Made by a program: the position numbers and the translations under genes. DNA of 64,000 nt from the IMG/VR virus record IMGVR_UViG_3300042451_000960, one strand, 5' to 3'. Shown here in pieces: positions 1 to 8,428 of this stretch. Each line of letters starts with the position of its first letter. The stretch's first letter is position 1. Source of the stretch: a virus. Its lineage: Duplodnaviria; Caudoviricetes. Under the pieces are notes generated by a model. That model had not been told where the DNA came from, did no database searches, and saw only the letters and a list, made by a program, of their open reading frames with translations.

Positions 1-802
1 CTATATACTTTAGGTAGTGAGTCTTTCCCGTACCCGGCGTACCGTGTAAGAGTACCAATCCTTTACCATTCTTTTGGTTAAGTGTGTTGATAATCTTTTC
101 GTGAATTGGTTTGAATCCTTTTCCATATCCCAATTCAATATCTAACTTTTGGTCAGGTAATTCAAACGAAGTTGTATCATATCCTCTTGGGGTTTGAATA
201 ACTAAAGCAATGTTATTACTTTCATGCTTTCGTTTCTTACCCAATCCGATAATTCTTTCAACTAATTTGGTATATATTTCCGATTCATCATTCGAATATA
301 CCTGAACATCTACTCCAATACTATCTTTGAATGATTTCTTAACCTTACCATTCCATTTACGAATTACATTTGAGATATTGATTAGAGTAGTTACCCCACC
401 ATTTCTCTTTTCCCATACTTCACTAGCACCATAGTTATTATGTCCATAGAATTCTCTAACATAAATTCTAGTGAACCCCATTTCTTTAACTGCCGTAAAG
501 AATGGTGCTTGCTTAATCTGATAATCATCGCTGATTCGGAAGTGCTTTGTGATAATCTTTCCCGTTTGGTTTTGAATATATGTACCAAATGGAAAATCAT
601 CTACATCACTCAAACGATATGGTTGTCCAGTTGTTACATCACCAAGACTGGTGCCTCTCTCACTTACAATTTCATCATTATCATAAGCTTCTCTAATTGC
701 TTCTAATAGTTCTTCTGGTGTATCATCATCAACCATAATATCACTTTCCAACAGTTTAATAAGTTGTCTTTCCTTTTCTAATATTTGTTCTCTTTTACTC
801 AT
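1..802 (-). CDS. AAA+ ATPase, partial (runs off the left edge; absent from the ORF track)
   Basis: Manual translation from ATG at 802: MSKREQILEKERQ...KGLVLLHGTPGTGKTHYLKYI, open to position 1; Walker A GTPGTGKT. Confidence 0.85.
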   Translation of the reverse strand, partial: MSKREQILEKERQLIKLLESDIMVDDDTPEELLEAIREAYDNDEIVSERGTSLGDVTTGQPYRLSDVDDFPFGTYIQNQTGKIITKHFRISDDYQIKQAPFFTAVKEMGFTRIYVREFYGHNNYGASEVWEKRNGGVTTLINISNVIRKWNGKVKKSFKDSIGVDVQVYSNDESEIYTKLVERIIGLGKKRKHESNNIALVIQTPRGYDTTSFELPDQKLDIELGYGKGFKPIHEKIINTLNQKNGKGLVLLHGTPGTGKTHYLKYI

Positions 803-804
803 TT

Positions 805-1329
805 TTATCGGTTTAGTTTTGTTATACATTCTTCTACCTTATCTCGCAATCTACCACCTTGCCCCCAATCACCATCAACTGCCACATGCCTCCACATTGG
901 AACTTTGGGTGATAACCATTTGAATTGCTCACCTAAACGAAGGTCATCAATAGCAATCCAATTTGTTATCTTATTATCTTTAGCCCACTTAGCAACTTCT
1001 AATGCTCTTTCGTGGTCTATGGATGGTCTACTCATTTTGTGCCATAAGTCCTGATGTGTGGTTATATCAACCAAATGTGCGGTAATTCCATAGTGCCAGA
1101 AAATGTGTTTCATCTGATTGAATGTGAAATGTTTTTTCCAATCTGAACTAAGTACTAACTCAGCGTTTGTTTCATCGCATATTTTTTGTAGTGCTTCACA
1201 ATCTTCTTTAACCCAAGGGTATGGTATTGTAAAGTCTTCCGGTCCACCTTTGATAGTAACCTTGCCATCATTCCAAGTTGCCCAAGCCAATGGGCCATCT
1301 ACATCTATGAATATAATTTTACGTCTCAT
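805..1329 (-). CDS. HAD-family protein, Swiss Army Knife RNA repair-like HAD (HAD_SAK_2 type)
   Basis: IIFIDVDGPL motif I, LVLSSDWK motif II, WIAIDD motif IV. Confidence 0.75.
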   Translation of the reverse strand: MRRKIIFIDVDGPLAWATWNDGKVTIKGGPEDFTIPYPWVKEDCEALQKICDETNAELVLSSDWKKHFTFNQMKHIFWHYGITAHLVDITTHQDLWHKMSRPSIDHERALEVAKWAKDNKITNWIAIDDLRLGEQFKWLSPKVPMWRHVAVDGDWGQGGRLRDKVEECITKLNR

Positions 1330-1345
1330 AACTTTTTATAATATA

Positions 1346-1377
1346 CAAATATACGAATTTTTTTGGAATAAATCAAA
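1346..1377 (-). promoter_or_regulatory. Bacteroidota primary-sigma promoter
   Basis: Minus strand TTTGA-N19-TATATTTG, upstream of the 805..1329 gene. Confidence 0.75.
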
Positions 1378-1381
1378 TAAA

Positions 1382-1431
1382 TAACCCATTGATTTTCAAC
1401 GAGTTATAATCAGTTGATTTTCAATGGGTTA
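1382..1431. repeat. Two tandem 25-bp palindromic sites (TAAC-N3-TTGA-N3-TCAA-N3-GTTA)
   Basis: TAACCCATTGATTTTCAACGAGTTA (1382-1406) and TAATCAGTTGATTTTCAATGGGTTA (1407-1431). Confidence 0.85.
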
Positions 1432-1514
1432 AAGTGGGTCTTAAAACGCTTTTAGAGCAATTTTAAGGGTGTCTCCCGCATGGCATGCAAGTCTTTGAGT
1501 ATTCTTATATTAGA

Positions 1515-1619
1515 TTAGCATTTTTTTCCAAATAACCCCTTTTTAAACAACATTTTACGGGTCTTTTTTGCTAACTGATTACGCCTTCTTACTTTCTTTT
1601 GTTTCTTAGTTAATGACAT
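1515..1619 (-). CDS. Small, very basic hypothetical peptide (34 aa)
   Basis: Manual translation MSLTKKQKKVRRRNQLAKKTRKMLFKKGLFGKKC*; below the ORF-track size cutoff. Confidence 0.5.
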   Translation of the reverse strand: MSLTKKQKKVRRRNQLAKKTRKMLFKKGLFGKKC

Positions 1620-1639
1620 ATTAAAATTTTTACTAATAA

Positions 1640-1789
1640 TTATCTTTTTCTTTTATAATAACGATATATTTGGGTAATATATGAATCCAATAGCATTACT
1701 ATATTAATAAATATAGCCAATGGTATTACAAAAATTATAACTCCCAATAACAAAAGTATAGTTGCTAATTTGAGAAAGAACTTCATCAT
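1640..1789 (-). CDS. Small membrane protein (49 aa)
   Basis: [34 protein letters not shown]...; start overlaps the iscA stop (ATGA). Confidence 0.55.
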   Translation of the reverse strand: MMKFFLKLATILLLLGVIIFVIPLAIFINIVMLLDSYITQIYRYYKRKR

Positions 1790-2115
1790 AGTGAAAACGA
1801 TTCACCACATCCACAAGTTCGAGATGCGTTTGGATTCTCCCATTGAAATCCTTTACCATTTAATCCATCTGAATATGTCAATTGAGTACCATAAAGATAT
1901 AGTAAACTCTTTCTATCAATTACTACTTTCAATCCATCAGCCTCTACCACTTCATCAGTAGGTTCTATCTTATCATCGAAATCCATTGTATAAGATAACC
2001 CACTACATCCACCACCTTTGATACCAACTCGTAAGTTATGAGTATCAGACGTTAAACCACCTTCCTTCATTAATTGGATTATGTGTTCTAATGCTTTAGG
2101 TTGTAGTGTTACCAT
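1786..2115 (-). CDS. iscA: A-type Fe-S cluster carrier (HesB/IscA family)
   Basis: GGGCSGLSY and TCGCGESF motifs. Confidence 0.93.
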   Translation of the reverse strand: MVTLQPKALEHIIQLMKEGGLTSDTHNLRVGIKGGGCSGLSYTMDFDDKIEPTDEVVEADGLKVVIDRKSLLYLYGTQLTYSDGLNGKGFQWENPNASRTCGCGESFSL

Positions 2116-2117
2116 AA

Positions 2118-2387
2118 TTATTCAGTTTCTTCAGATATTATATCACCATACTCTTTGGCCGCTTTTGGATTTCTTTCCAATAGGATTTGATACGCAATTT
2201 GGTATCTACCTAACTCAATTTGGCAAGGGAAGTTTTCATTATGAAGTGAGTCAGCAGCTGCTGTTTGTACTTTAACTTCAGCTCTTAACTTACTTAATTC
2301 CTTTTGTTGTAAGAAACATATAAGGAGTACCGATACGGCTCCCGTTCCTACAATTGCTTTCTGATACTTTGCAATAAACTCTTTCAT
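2118..2387 (-). CDS. Hypothetical protein, N-terminal membrane anchor plus coiled coil
   Basis: Hydrophobic [16 protein letters not shown]; tightly packed with neighbours. Confidence 0.6.
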   Translation of the reverse strand: MKEFIAKYQKAIVGTGAVSVLLICFLQQKELSKLRAEVKVQTAAADSLHNENFPCQIELGRYQIAYQILLERNPKAAKEYGDIISEETE

Positions 2388-2391
2388 AATT

Positions 2392-2571
2392 TTATTTTTT
2401 AGGTATAATAATCCACGCCAAACAGTACATAAAAATCATAGGGAATGGAGCACATATTAATGCCAAAAAAAGTAATCTCCAAATTGTTGGGTCACTATTT
2501 GTATATTCGGCGATACCACCACACACTCCACCTATTCTACTATCTGTTGTACTTCTAAATAATTTTTTCAT
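2392..2571 (-). CDS. PspC-domain membrane protein
   Basis: MKKLFRSTTDSRIGGVCGGIAEY...DPTIWRLLF matches the PspC pattern; start moved to the ATG at 2571. Confidence 0.85.
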   Translation of the reverse strand: MKKLFRSTTDSRIGGVCGGIAEYTNSDPTIWRLLFLALICAPFPMIFMYCLAWIIIPKK

Positions 2572-2572
2572 A

Positions 2573-2770
2573 TTATTTTGTTTTACTTCCAACCATTTGA
2601 TACGCATCCCAGACTTGTCCTAATGCGTATTCTATTTTGAATTTTATTTCTTCATCAGATTGAGCCAATGGGTGTTCCAAACAATGGTCATTTAAGTTAC
2701 ACATTATAACGTGTAATCTATCTAATAACTCCAAATAGTGTCCATCGTTTATTTCTATCTTATCTTCCAT
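2573..2770 (-). CDS. Hypothetical protein
   Basis: MEDKIEINDGHYLELLDRLH...; TAATG coupling to the upstream gene. Confidence 0.6.
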   Translation of the reverse strand: MEDKIEINDGHYLELLDRLHVIMCNLNDHCLEHPLAQSDEEIKFKIEYALGQVWDAYQMVGSKTK

Positions 2771-3078
2771 TATGGTAAAATTTGAGTTCCATCTAACCAA
2801 ACCGATTGAACCTTAGCCCCACTTACAGCCTTTTCACCAATATCTTTTAATTGCTGTCCACTTAGGCAGGTTGAATAAAAATTAAAAGATGTAGATGATG
2901 ATGTTGTGGTTATACTACTCGGTTTACAATTAGGTGGGAAATAATTTATCATCGTATTAATAACCGCCCTAATCTGCGTTCCATCCAAAGGTTTCTCCCA
3001 CTTAATAGAATAAATGTGTAACTCAGCACCTACTTTTTGGCCGAATATACTCCTTAACCAGTTCAATAACTTTTTCAT
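2770..3078 (-). CDS. Hypothetical protein
   Basis: ORF from ATG 3078 (MKKLLNWLRSIFG...), packed between neighbours. Confidence 0.6.
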   Translation of the reverse strand: MKKLLNWLRSIFGQKVGAELHIYSIKWEKPLDGTQIRAVINTMINYFPPNCKPSSITTTSSSTSFNFYSTCLSGQQLKDIGEKAVSGAKVQSVWLDGTQILP

Positions 3079-3079
3079 A

Positions 3080-3478
3080 TTAATCAAATTTAATTGGTTC
3101 TAATCCGTTTTTTGTTCGGTAATCATTGATAGCGGCTTGAACTGCATCCTGCGCCAATACCGAACAATGTATCTTTACAGGTGGTAGAGATAATTCCTCA
3201 ACTAAATCCATATTATCCAACTTAGCCGCCTCATCTACACTCTTTCCCTTTAACCATTCAGTTGCTAAGGAACTGGCTGCGATTGCCGAGCCACATCCGA
3301 AAGTTTTGAATTTGGCATCCGTTATGATACCATCTTCGATTTGGATTTGGAGCCTCATTACATCACCACATTCGGGCGCCCCAACTAACCCAGTCCCCAC
3401 CGTTGGTTTACTCTTATCCAACGTACCAACATTACGGGGGTTTTGATAATGGTCAATGACCTTTTCTCCGTATGCCAT
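3080..3478 (-). CDS. iscU: Fe-S cluster scaffold protein (IscU/NifU-N)
   Basis: DHYQNPRNVG, GAPECGDVM, FKTFGCGSAIA and PPVKIHCSVLA motifs. Confidence 0.95.
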   Translation of the reverse strand: MAYGEKVIDHYQNPRNVGTLDKSKPTVGTGLVGAPECGDVMRLQIQIEDGIITDAKFKTFGCGSAIAASSLATEWLKGKSVDEAAKLDNMDLVEELSLPPVKIHCSVLAQDAVQAAINDYRTKNGLEPIKFD

Positions 3479-3490
3479 AATTTTTAGTTT

Positions 3491-3580
3491 TTAATACGGC
3501 CTTTGATTTTTCCAATACTCATACATAGCAAGGCCGAATGCTATGAATGTTGCTTCTAATTTTAAGAGTATAAGTTTCAT
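3491..3580 (-). CDS. Possible 29-aa peptide
   Basis: MKLILLKLEATFIAFGLAMYEYWKNQRPY* fills the intergenic gap. Confidence 0.35.
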   Translation of the reverse strand: MKLILLKLEATFIAFGLAMYEYWKNQRPY

Positions 3581-3600
3581 ACCCTTAAATATTGGAAAGT

Positions 3601-4257
3601 TTAAATTAATGGATACGCTTTCCAATTTAATGGTATCCTAGTAAAATACAAAGATGGGTGGTTTTTATTCTCTGATAAATGATAATTTCGTTTTATCCAA
3701 AATATATCATTTTCATTTGTTAAATTCTGCCCAAACGTTTGTGTTTTAAAATTTAATTCATTCCTATAAATTTGACGGGTTATAGAATGTTCCGGAAAAA
3801 TTAATTTCTCTTTATGTCCGTCTTCCGGCGAAAATATTTTTATAATATCTTCACATTCACCCTCAAATACAAAATCAGCCACATATCCCATTTCAGAATT
3901 AACCCAAAAATATATGTTTAACCCATCACCAAACAATTCATATAATTTAAATGGATTGGTTGGTATCATATCACTTCTCCACTTTATAGCCCTTTTATAT
4001 CCCAACTCCATTGCTTTCATCATACCATTGATTGTAGAAATCTTTTGGTAATTGTAGTTGGCGTGTCCGGAGTGAGATGGTGGATTATTTTGAATTACAA
4101 TCTCACTTGGATAAAACCAATCTTTAGGTATATAATTCCAAGTTGACCAAATGATTTGGTAATCACCGGATAGTAAAAAAGAATTCCTTATTTTCTTTAC
4201 GGATTCTTTATTTTCATACGTTCCTTGGATAACAACACATTTATTTGGTCTTGGCAT
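3601..4257 (-). CDS. WavE-like glycan synthesis protein
   Basis: CVVIQG, IIWSTW, QKISTINGM and AIKWRSD pattern, shared with 13615..14382. Confidence 0.5.
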   Translation of the reverse strand: MPRPNKCVVIQGTYENKESVKKIRNSFLLSGDYQIIWSTWNYIPKDWFYPSEIVIQNNPPSHSGHANYNYQKISTINGMMKAMELGYKRAIKWRSDMIPTNPFKLYELFGDGLNIYFWVNSEMGYVADFVFEGECEDIIKIFSPEDGHKEKLIFPEHSITRQIYRNELNFKTQTFGQNLTNENDIFWIKRNYHLSENKNHPSLYFTRIPLNWKAYPLI

Positions 4258-4301
4258 AAACTATCAAGAAATTTTCCATAACGACTCATCCTTCGGATTC
4301 G

Positions 4302-4490
4302 TTATTCGAACAAATTCACCGATGCCAATCTTACACCACCATTACCATTATCTACATATAATTGTAATTCACCTGTTTGGGCATTAAATACTTTTCTTCC
4401 TAATTGCTCCGGCGTTGGTTGTAATGATTGAGATGCTATAAGTTCATTTAACTTATCTATCTGAATTTGTTGTAATGGTTCTAATTCCAT
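4302..4490 (-). CDS. Hypothetical protein
   Basis: ORF track; part of a packed minus-strand run. Confidence 0.55.
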   Translation of the reverse strand: MELEPLQQIQIDKLNELIASQSLQPTPEQLGRKVFNAQTGELQLYVDNGNGGVRLASVNLFE

Positions 4491-4492
4491 AA

Positions 4493-4768
4493 TTAATAAA
4501 TTGGGTCTATATATAGTATAACCTCATAAAGGTCTTTGTACCCACTATCCTTTGGTTCAATGCCTCTAATCTTCCACAACATTTTTTCGAAGTTTAACTT
4601 ACCACCTAAAGTGTAAGCCGGTCCACCTTCAAAATCAAATAGGGTCATATCCCCATTCTTATTTTGAGATTTACGAACAAACTGCGATTCTCCTAACACT
4701 CTAACTTTGTTTAGATTGATTCTTTCAATACTTCTCTCATGTCCGAATCTGCTCTTTACGATTTCCAT
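4493..4768 (-). CDS. Hypothetical protein
   Basis: ORF track; 2-nt gap to neighbour. Confidence 0.6.
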   Translation of the reverse strand: MEIVKSRFGHERSIERINLNKVRVLGESQFVRKSQNKNGDMTLFDFEGGPAYTLGGKLNFEKMLWKIRGIEPKDSGYKDLYEVILYIDPIY

Positions 4769-4777
4769 AACTGTTTT

Positions 4778-4972
4778 TTAGTTGTTTTTGTTTTTAATAA
4801 TAATTGAAATTTGCTCTTTATCTTCCGAAGATAAGTTTTGAAACCACTCCGGATTTATATCACTATATAATTTTTTATCTTCTACATTTGGCGTTCCATC
4901 ATCATTTGATTGATAAACTCCAGTTTCGTCAGCCCATACATTTAAGGACTGTAATTTGATTAAGTTGTTCAT
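4778..4972 (-). CDS. Hypothetical protein
   Basis: ORF track; packed. Confidence 0.55.
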   Translation of the reverse strand: MNNLIKLQSLNVWADETGVYQSNDDGTPNVEDKKLYSDINPEWFQNLSSEDKEQISIIIKNKNN

Positions 4973-4988
4973 AGTACGGTATCTTTTG

Positions 4989-5480
4989 TTAGAATAAATA
5001 TTCCAACCCTTTGGTATTCGGTTTCCTCAACTGAATATCCTGTATAGATTGCGGATTTTTCACTTTGCTGTTTTTCCTATACCATTCATACAAATCCTCT
5101 AATGTACCTTTTCCTCTTTGTCTTTCCATAGCTTTATCCCACAAATCCTTTCCAAATTCCTTCTTTAATTCCGTCCTCAACTTCCATAATATGATTTCCT
5201 CATCTCTAGCTGCTTCCAACTCCAACTTAATAGCTTTCACTCTTTTCATTCTACTGGCTTCCAATGCAGCCTGTTCCCTATTCTTTTGGTCAGTTCCACC
5301 ATAGTTCTTATATGTTTGTTCATAAGCTTTGGTAGCAGTTTCTCTCATCCCTTTAGCTTCATTGAACATATACGAATAATCAAAGTCACCATTCCTTATC
5401 TTTAACAACAATGGAGTATCTGCTTTAAGTGGTTTGTTTGGTCTACCTTTAGTCCACCATCTAAATGGATTATATCCCAT
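4989..5480 (-). CDS. Hypothetical basic helical protein
   Basis: 163-aa ORF; packed. Confidence 0.65.
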   Translation of the reverse strand: MGYNPFRWWTKGRPNKPLKADTPLLLKIRNGDFDYSYMFNEAKGMRETATKAYEQTYKNYGGTDQKNREQAALEASRMKRVKAIKLELEAARDEEIILWKLRTELKKEFGKDLWDKAMERQRGKGTLEDLYEWYRKNSKVKNPQSIQDIQLRKPNTKGLEYLF

Positions 5481-5484
5481 ATAA

Positions 5485-5910
5485 TTAATTTGTTATTAAC
5501 AATCGAATAGTCCCATCTTCATTGAACCATCCCTTTAACTTATACTCTTTATCATTATCAGATGCCGAAGTTAAGTATCCTTTTAAATGAGGTCTATTAC
5601 CTTTCATATTCTCACCCATACTACTCTTAAAACTGATTGTGTATTTATCAACATGTCCACCACTACCCGGCACATTCGCCATAGGTTCAAAAACTTCTTT
5701 AGTAACATTGAAGTTAGTAAACCCTTCAATCTTTAAGTGACCAGCTGCCTGCAACTTACCTAATATGTGTTGGAATTGAGAATCACTTATACCATCTCTG
5801 CCGGATTTACGTGTAGCCATTTCAAATCGCATATCCTTTACTTTTCGTCTACAATATTTTCTTCTACCGGGTACAAATGCTGCTGCTTCGGGATACTTTG
5901 TTGGTTGCAT
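5485..5910 (-). CDS. Hypothetical protein
   Basis: 141-aa ORF; TAATG-coupled to the upstream gene. Confidence 0.65.
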   Translation of the reverse strand: MQPTKYPEAAAFVPGRRKYCRRKVKDMRFEMATRKSGRDGISDSQFQHILGKLQAAGHLKIEGFTNFNVTKEVFEPMANVPGSGGHVDKYTISFKSSMGENMKGNRPHLKGYLTSASDNDKEYKLKGWFNEDGTIRLLITN

Positions 5911-6182
5911 TATTTCAACAATTGAATTTGTTCCATAATTTTAGATACTTCTTCTGCTTTCAGATAACCCAACACATCATTTGTAATTGGAGTATCGTAT
6001 GTAATATGTCCATTCTTACCGAACACTGCTAACTCATACAAACCATCCTTACCACCATAACTAAATTCGGTTTGAACAATTGATGCACCATATCCATTAT
6101 CAAATGTGATACGAGCCTGAACCCCACCAAGATGCCCTGTATTTGGGTGTGGTTTAAAATCTAAATCTTTAAAGGTTTTCAT
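5910..6182 (-). CDS. Hypothetical phage protein
   Basis: MKTFKDLDF...FDNGYGASIV...GLYELAV; ATG at 6182 lies just downstream of a promoter. Confidence 0.65.
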   Translation of the reverse strand: MKTFKDLDFKPHPNTGHLGGVQARITFDNGYGASIVQTEFSYGGKDGLYELAVFGKNGHITYDTPITNDVLGYLKAEEVSKIMEQIQLLK

Positions 6183-6219
6183 TTTATGCCTTTTAAGGTT
6201 GAACAATTAATTAACTATA

Positions 6220-6251
6220 CAAATATACGAAAAAGTCTTGGAATTACCAAG
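6220..6251 (-). promoter_or_regulatory. Bacteroidota primary-sigma promoter
   Basis: CTTGG-N19-TATATTTG on the minus strand. Confidence 0.7.
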
Positions 6252-6256
6252 ACTTT
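6232..6256 (-). terminator. Intrinsic terminator after the SPFH gene, overlapping the next promoter
   Basis: Perfect 10-bp stem AAAGTCTTGG/CCAAGACTTT with a 5-nt loop; T-rich end on the minus strand. Confidence 0.6.
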
Positions 6257-6266
6257 CTCTAAAAAT

Positions 6267-7190
6267 TTATTTTTGGATGTTTCTGAACAATTGTGGAACT
6301 TCGCCATATACCGGCAATTTACCATCCCATTTTTGTACATATTCCAATTGAATAAGTAACGGTGTCAATGTTTGCTGTTTCATCCTATTTGCTTCAGCTT
6401 CAGCTTTAGCGGAAGTAATTAGTGCCTGTGCATTACCTTCTGCAGTTGCTACTTTAATCTTAGCTTCAGCTTCTGCTTGCTTAACTTTATTCTCAGCCAT
6501 CAATGCCGATTGTACTGCGTTATTCTTAGCTTCAATAGCTGTTTTGAATGTTTCGGGATATACTAAGTTAGATGTGAATTGATTAACTACAAATCCTTCT
6601 GCTAATAACTGTCCTTCTAATATTCTACGAACTTCTATTTCAAACTTCTGTCTATTACTAATTAATTCATCAGCAGTATAAACGTTAGTTGCCAAACGGA
6701 AGGCATCAAATACAGCTGTCTTTAAAAAACCTTCTTCTATTTGGTCCAAACTTCTACGATATTTAGCGAAGATTGCCGGAACTTTCTCTCTCTTTACTGA
6801 ATAGTTAATGATTGGTGATACATGGAACTCACTACCATCTTTACTATTTACTACGAATGAATTATCACCTGTATATTCTTTGTGTTGAATAAACGTTGGG
6901 AACTCATAGATGCTATGCGTAATTGGATTATAGAATACCATACCAGTTACTTCAGTCACATCACTTACACCTTTGTTATCACCATAAAGGTTTACTTTAA
7001 CACCCACATGTCCTGCATCAATTCTTTCACAAGATTTGAAAAGGAATACCATTAGGAATAATCCTATAACACTACCACCAATAATTTTTGTCATCTTTTT
7101 AATTTTTAATTGTTGTTCTAATTTATATTGTTTAAGTTCTTCGTCACGTTCTCTTTCCAAACGTGCAAATCTTTCACTCATTGATTCCAT
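6267..7190 (-). CDS. SPFH/Band-7 (prohibitin-like) membrane protein
   Basis: TM helix then ERIDAGHVGVKVNLYG...NSKDG...IEAKNNAVQ...KWDGKLP. Confidence 0.9.
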   Translation of the reverse strand: MESMSERFARLERERDEELKQYKLEQQLKIKKMTKIIGGSVIGLFLMVFLFKSCERIDAGHVGVKVNLYGDNKGVSDVTEVTGMVFYNPITHSIYEFPTFIQHKEYTGDNSFVVNSKDGSEFHVSPIINYSVKREKVPAIFAKYRRSLDQIEEGFLKTAVFDAFRLATNVYTADELISNRQKFEIEVRRILEGQLLAEGFVVNQFTSNLVYPETFKTAIEAKNNAVQSALMAENKVKQAEAEAKIKVATAEGNAQALITSAKAEAEANRMKQQTLTPLLIQLEYVQKWDGKLPVYGEVPQLFRNIQK

Positions 7191-7191
7191 A

Positions 7192-7536
7192 TTACTTTGT
7201 TTTTTTAGTTACTGATTTTTTTCTAGTCTTTACAAAAGGTTCATCACTCTTAACACCATCAAATTGTTTAGGATTTCTTTTCTTTGGGTTTTCTTTAACC
7301 ATTTGTTCAGCTTCCTTCAATTCCTCTTTATCAACTATCCCACCTTTATCAGATGTTACATAAGAATAAAGTGCCAAACCACCCCAAATAATTAATAGCA
7401 ATAATCCAATACCTGCCATTATATTTGAAAATGTATTAGCAGTTGTAAGACCGGGATAAATTGCGAATTCTAAAATCAAAAATATGGTAATCACATTAAA
7501 GATTTGTTCTTTGTACTTTTTTAAAAAATTTATCAT
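7192..7536 (-). CDS. Membrane protein with two TM helices
   Basis: Two hydrophobic segments and a Lys-rich tail. Confidence 0.65.
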   Translation of the reverse strand: MINFLKKYKEQIFNVITIFLILEFAIYPGLTTANTFSNIMAGIGLLLLIIWGGLALYSYVTSDKGGIVDKEELKEAEQMVKENPKKRNPKQFDGVKSDEPFVKTRKKSVTKKTK

Positions 7537-7537
7537 T

Positions 7538-7708
7538 TTATTTATTTTTTTTGTTTACTAAATCTTTTTTATCCCTCTCCATAATGATACGAAGTTGGGA
7601 CTCTTTTAATAACCTTGCAGGTTCTTTATTTTCCTTTGGTGCTTCCTCTGGTATGCGATAGTTCTTCACTAACTTATCCATCCAGTCTTTTGTTGTATCC
7701 TTACTCAT
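7538..7708 (-). CDS. Small hypothetical protein (56 aa)
   Basis: Manual translation MSKDTTKDWMDKLVKNYRIPEEAPKENKEPARLLKESQLRIIMERDKKDLVNKKNK*; fills the gap exactly. Confidence 0.6.
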   Translation of the reverse strand: MSKDTTKDWMDKLVKNYRIPEEAPKENKEPARLLKESQLRIIMERDKKDLVNKKNK

Positions 7709-7709
7709 A

Positions 7710-8336
7710 TTAATTAAGTTTATTCATTTTTATAGCGTTCATAAATTCTTCTCTCACCAAATTATCCTTTTCCAAAAACCTACCACTAAATTTATTGGTA
7801 GTCATTAAGGAATCAGGATGTTGTACACCTCTCATACCACAACAAAGGTGATGTCCGCTGATTGATACCGCCACATGCTCACATTCCAATTTATCACTAA
7901 GGTATTTGTGTATTTGTTGTGTAAGCGATTCCTGCATTTGTGGCCTTCTACTAAACCAATCTACAACTCTATTCAACTTACTCAATCCTATTACATTCTT
8001 TTCGGGCAGATAAGCTACAGCTGCATATCCATAGAAAGGTAAGTTATGGTGAGCGCACATTGAGTTCACCTTAATACCAGTCTGAATTACTATACCATCA
8101 TAACCTTCCTCATTTGGAAATACAGTTATATTTGGTGCATGTGTCATACTCCCTTTAACCAAATCCTCTACCCAAGCTTTAGCTACCCTCAAAGGAGTTT
8201 CTACCGTTTGTGGGTCAGCCTCATAATCAAATCCTAATGATTCTAAAAACAGGCCATAGTATTTAGCCGCATCTCTAATCCTTTTCTTCTTCTCAAAGGA
8301 ATCAATTACTTCGTTTTCGTTTGCTTTCTTTAACAT
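7710..8336 (-). CDS. folE: GTP cyclohydrolase I
   Basis: ETPLRVAKAW, SMCAHHNLPF, LSKLNR, RRPQMQE and HLCCGMRGV motifs. Confidence 0.95.
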   Translation of the reverse strand: MLKKANENEVIDSFEKKKRIRDAAKYYGLFLESLGFDYEADPQTVETPLRVAKAWVEDLVKGSMTHAPNITVFPNEEGYDGIVIQTGIKVNSMCAHHNLPFYGYAAVAYLPEKNVIGLSKLNRVVDWFSRRPQMQESLTQQIHKYLSDKLECEHVAVSISGHHLCCGMRGVQHPDSLMTTNKFSGRFLEKDNLVREEFMNAIKMNKLN

Positions 8337-8372
8337 ATACTATGAATGACCATTAAAAAAATGTTTGTTTAC

Positions 8373-8403
8373 AAAAAATGGTGGATGACCGAAGTCACCC
8401 ACC
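8373..8403 (-). terminator. Intrinsic terminator with a cUUCGg tetraloop
   Basis: Minus strand GGTGGGTGAC-TTCG-GTCATCCACC-ATTTTTT, just after the AAA gene. Confidence 0.8.
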
Positions 8404-8428
8404 TTATGTTTGGATTTAACCCCTTAAA

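Noticed and set aside
391-706. Track ORFs 391..600 (-) and 440..706 (+)
   Set aside because: They lie inside the real AAA ATPase frame (1..802), which the track missed because it has no stop in the window.
1432-1514. Possible tRNA or ncRNA in the GC-richer intergenic patch
   Set aside because: Only a weak hairpin; no cloverleaf, T-loop GTTCRA or CCA end.
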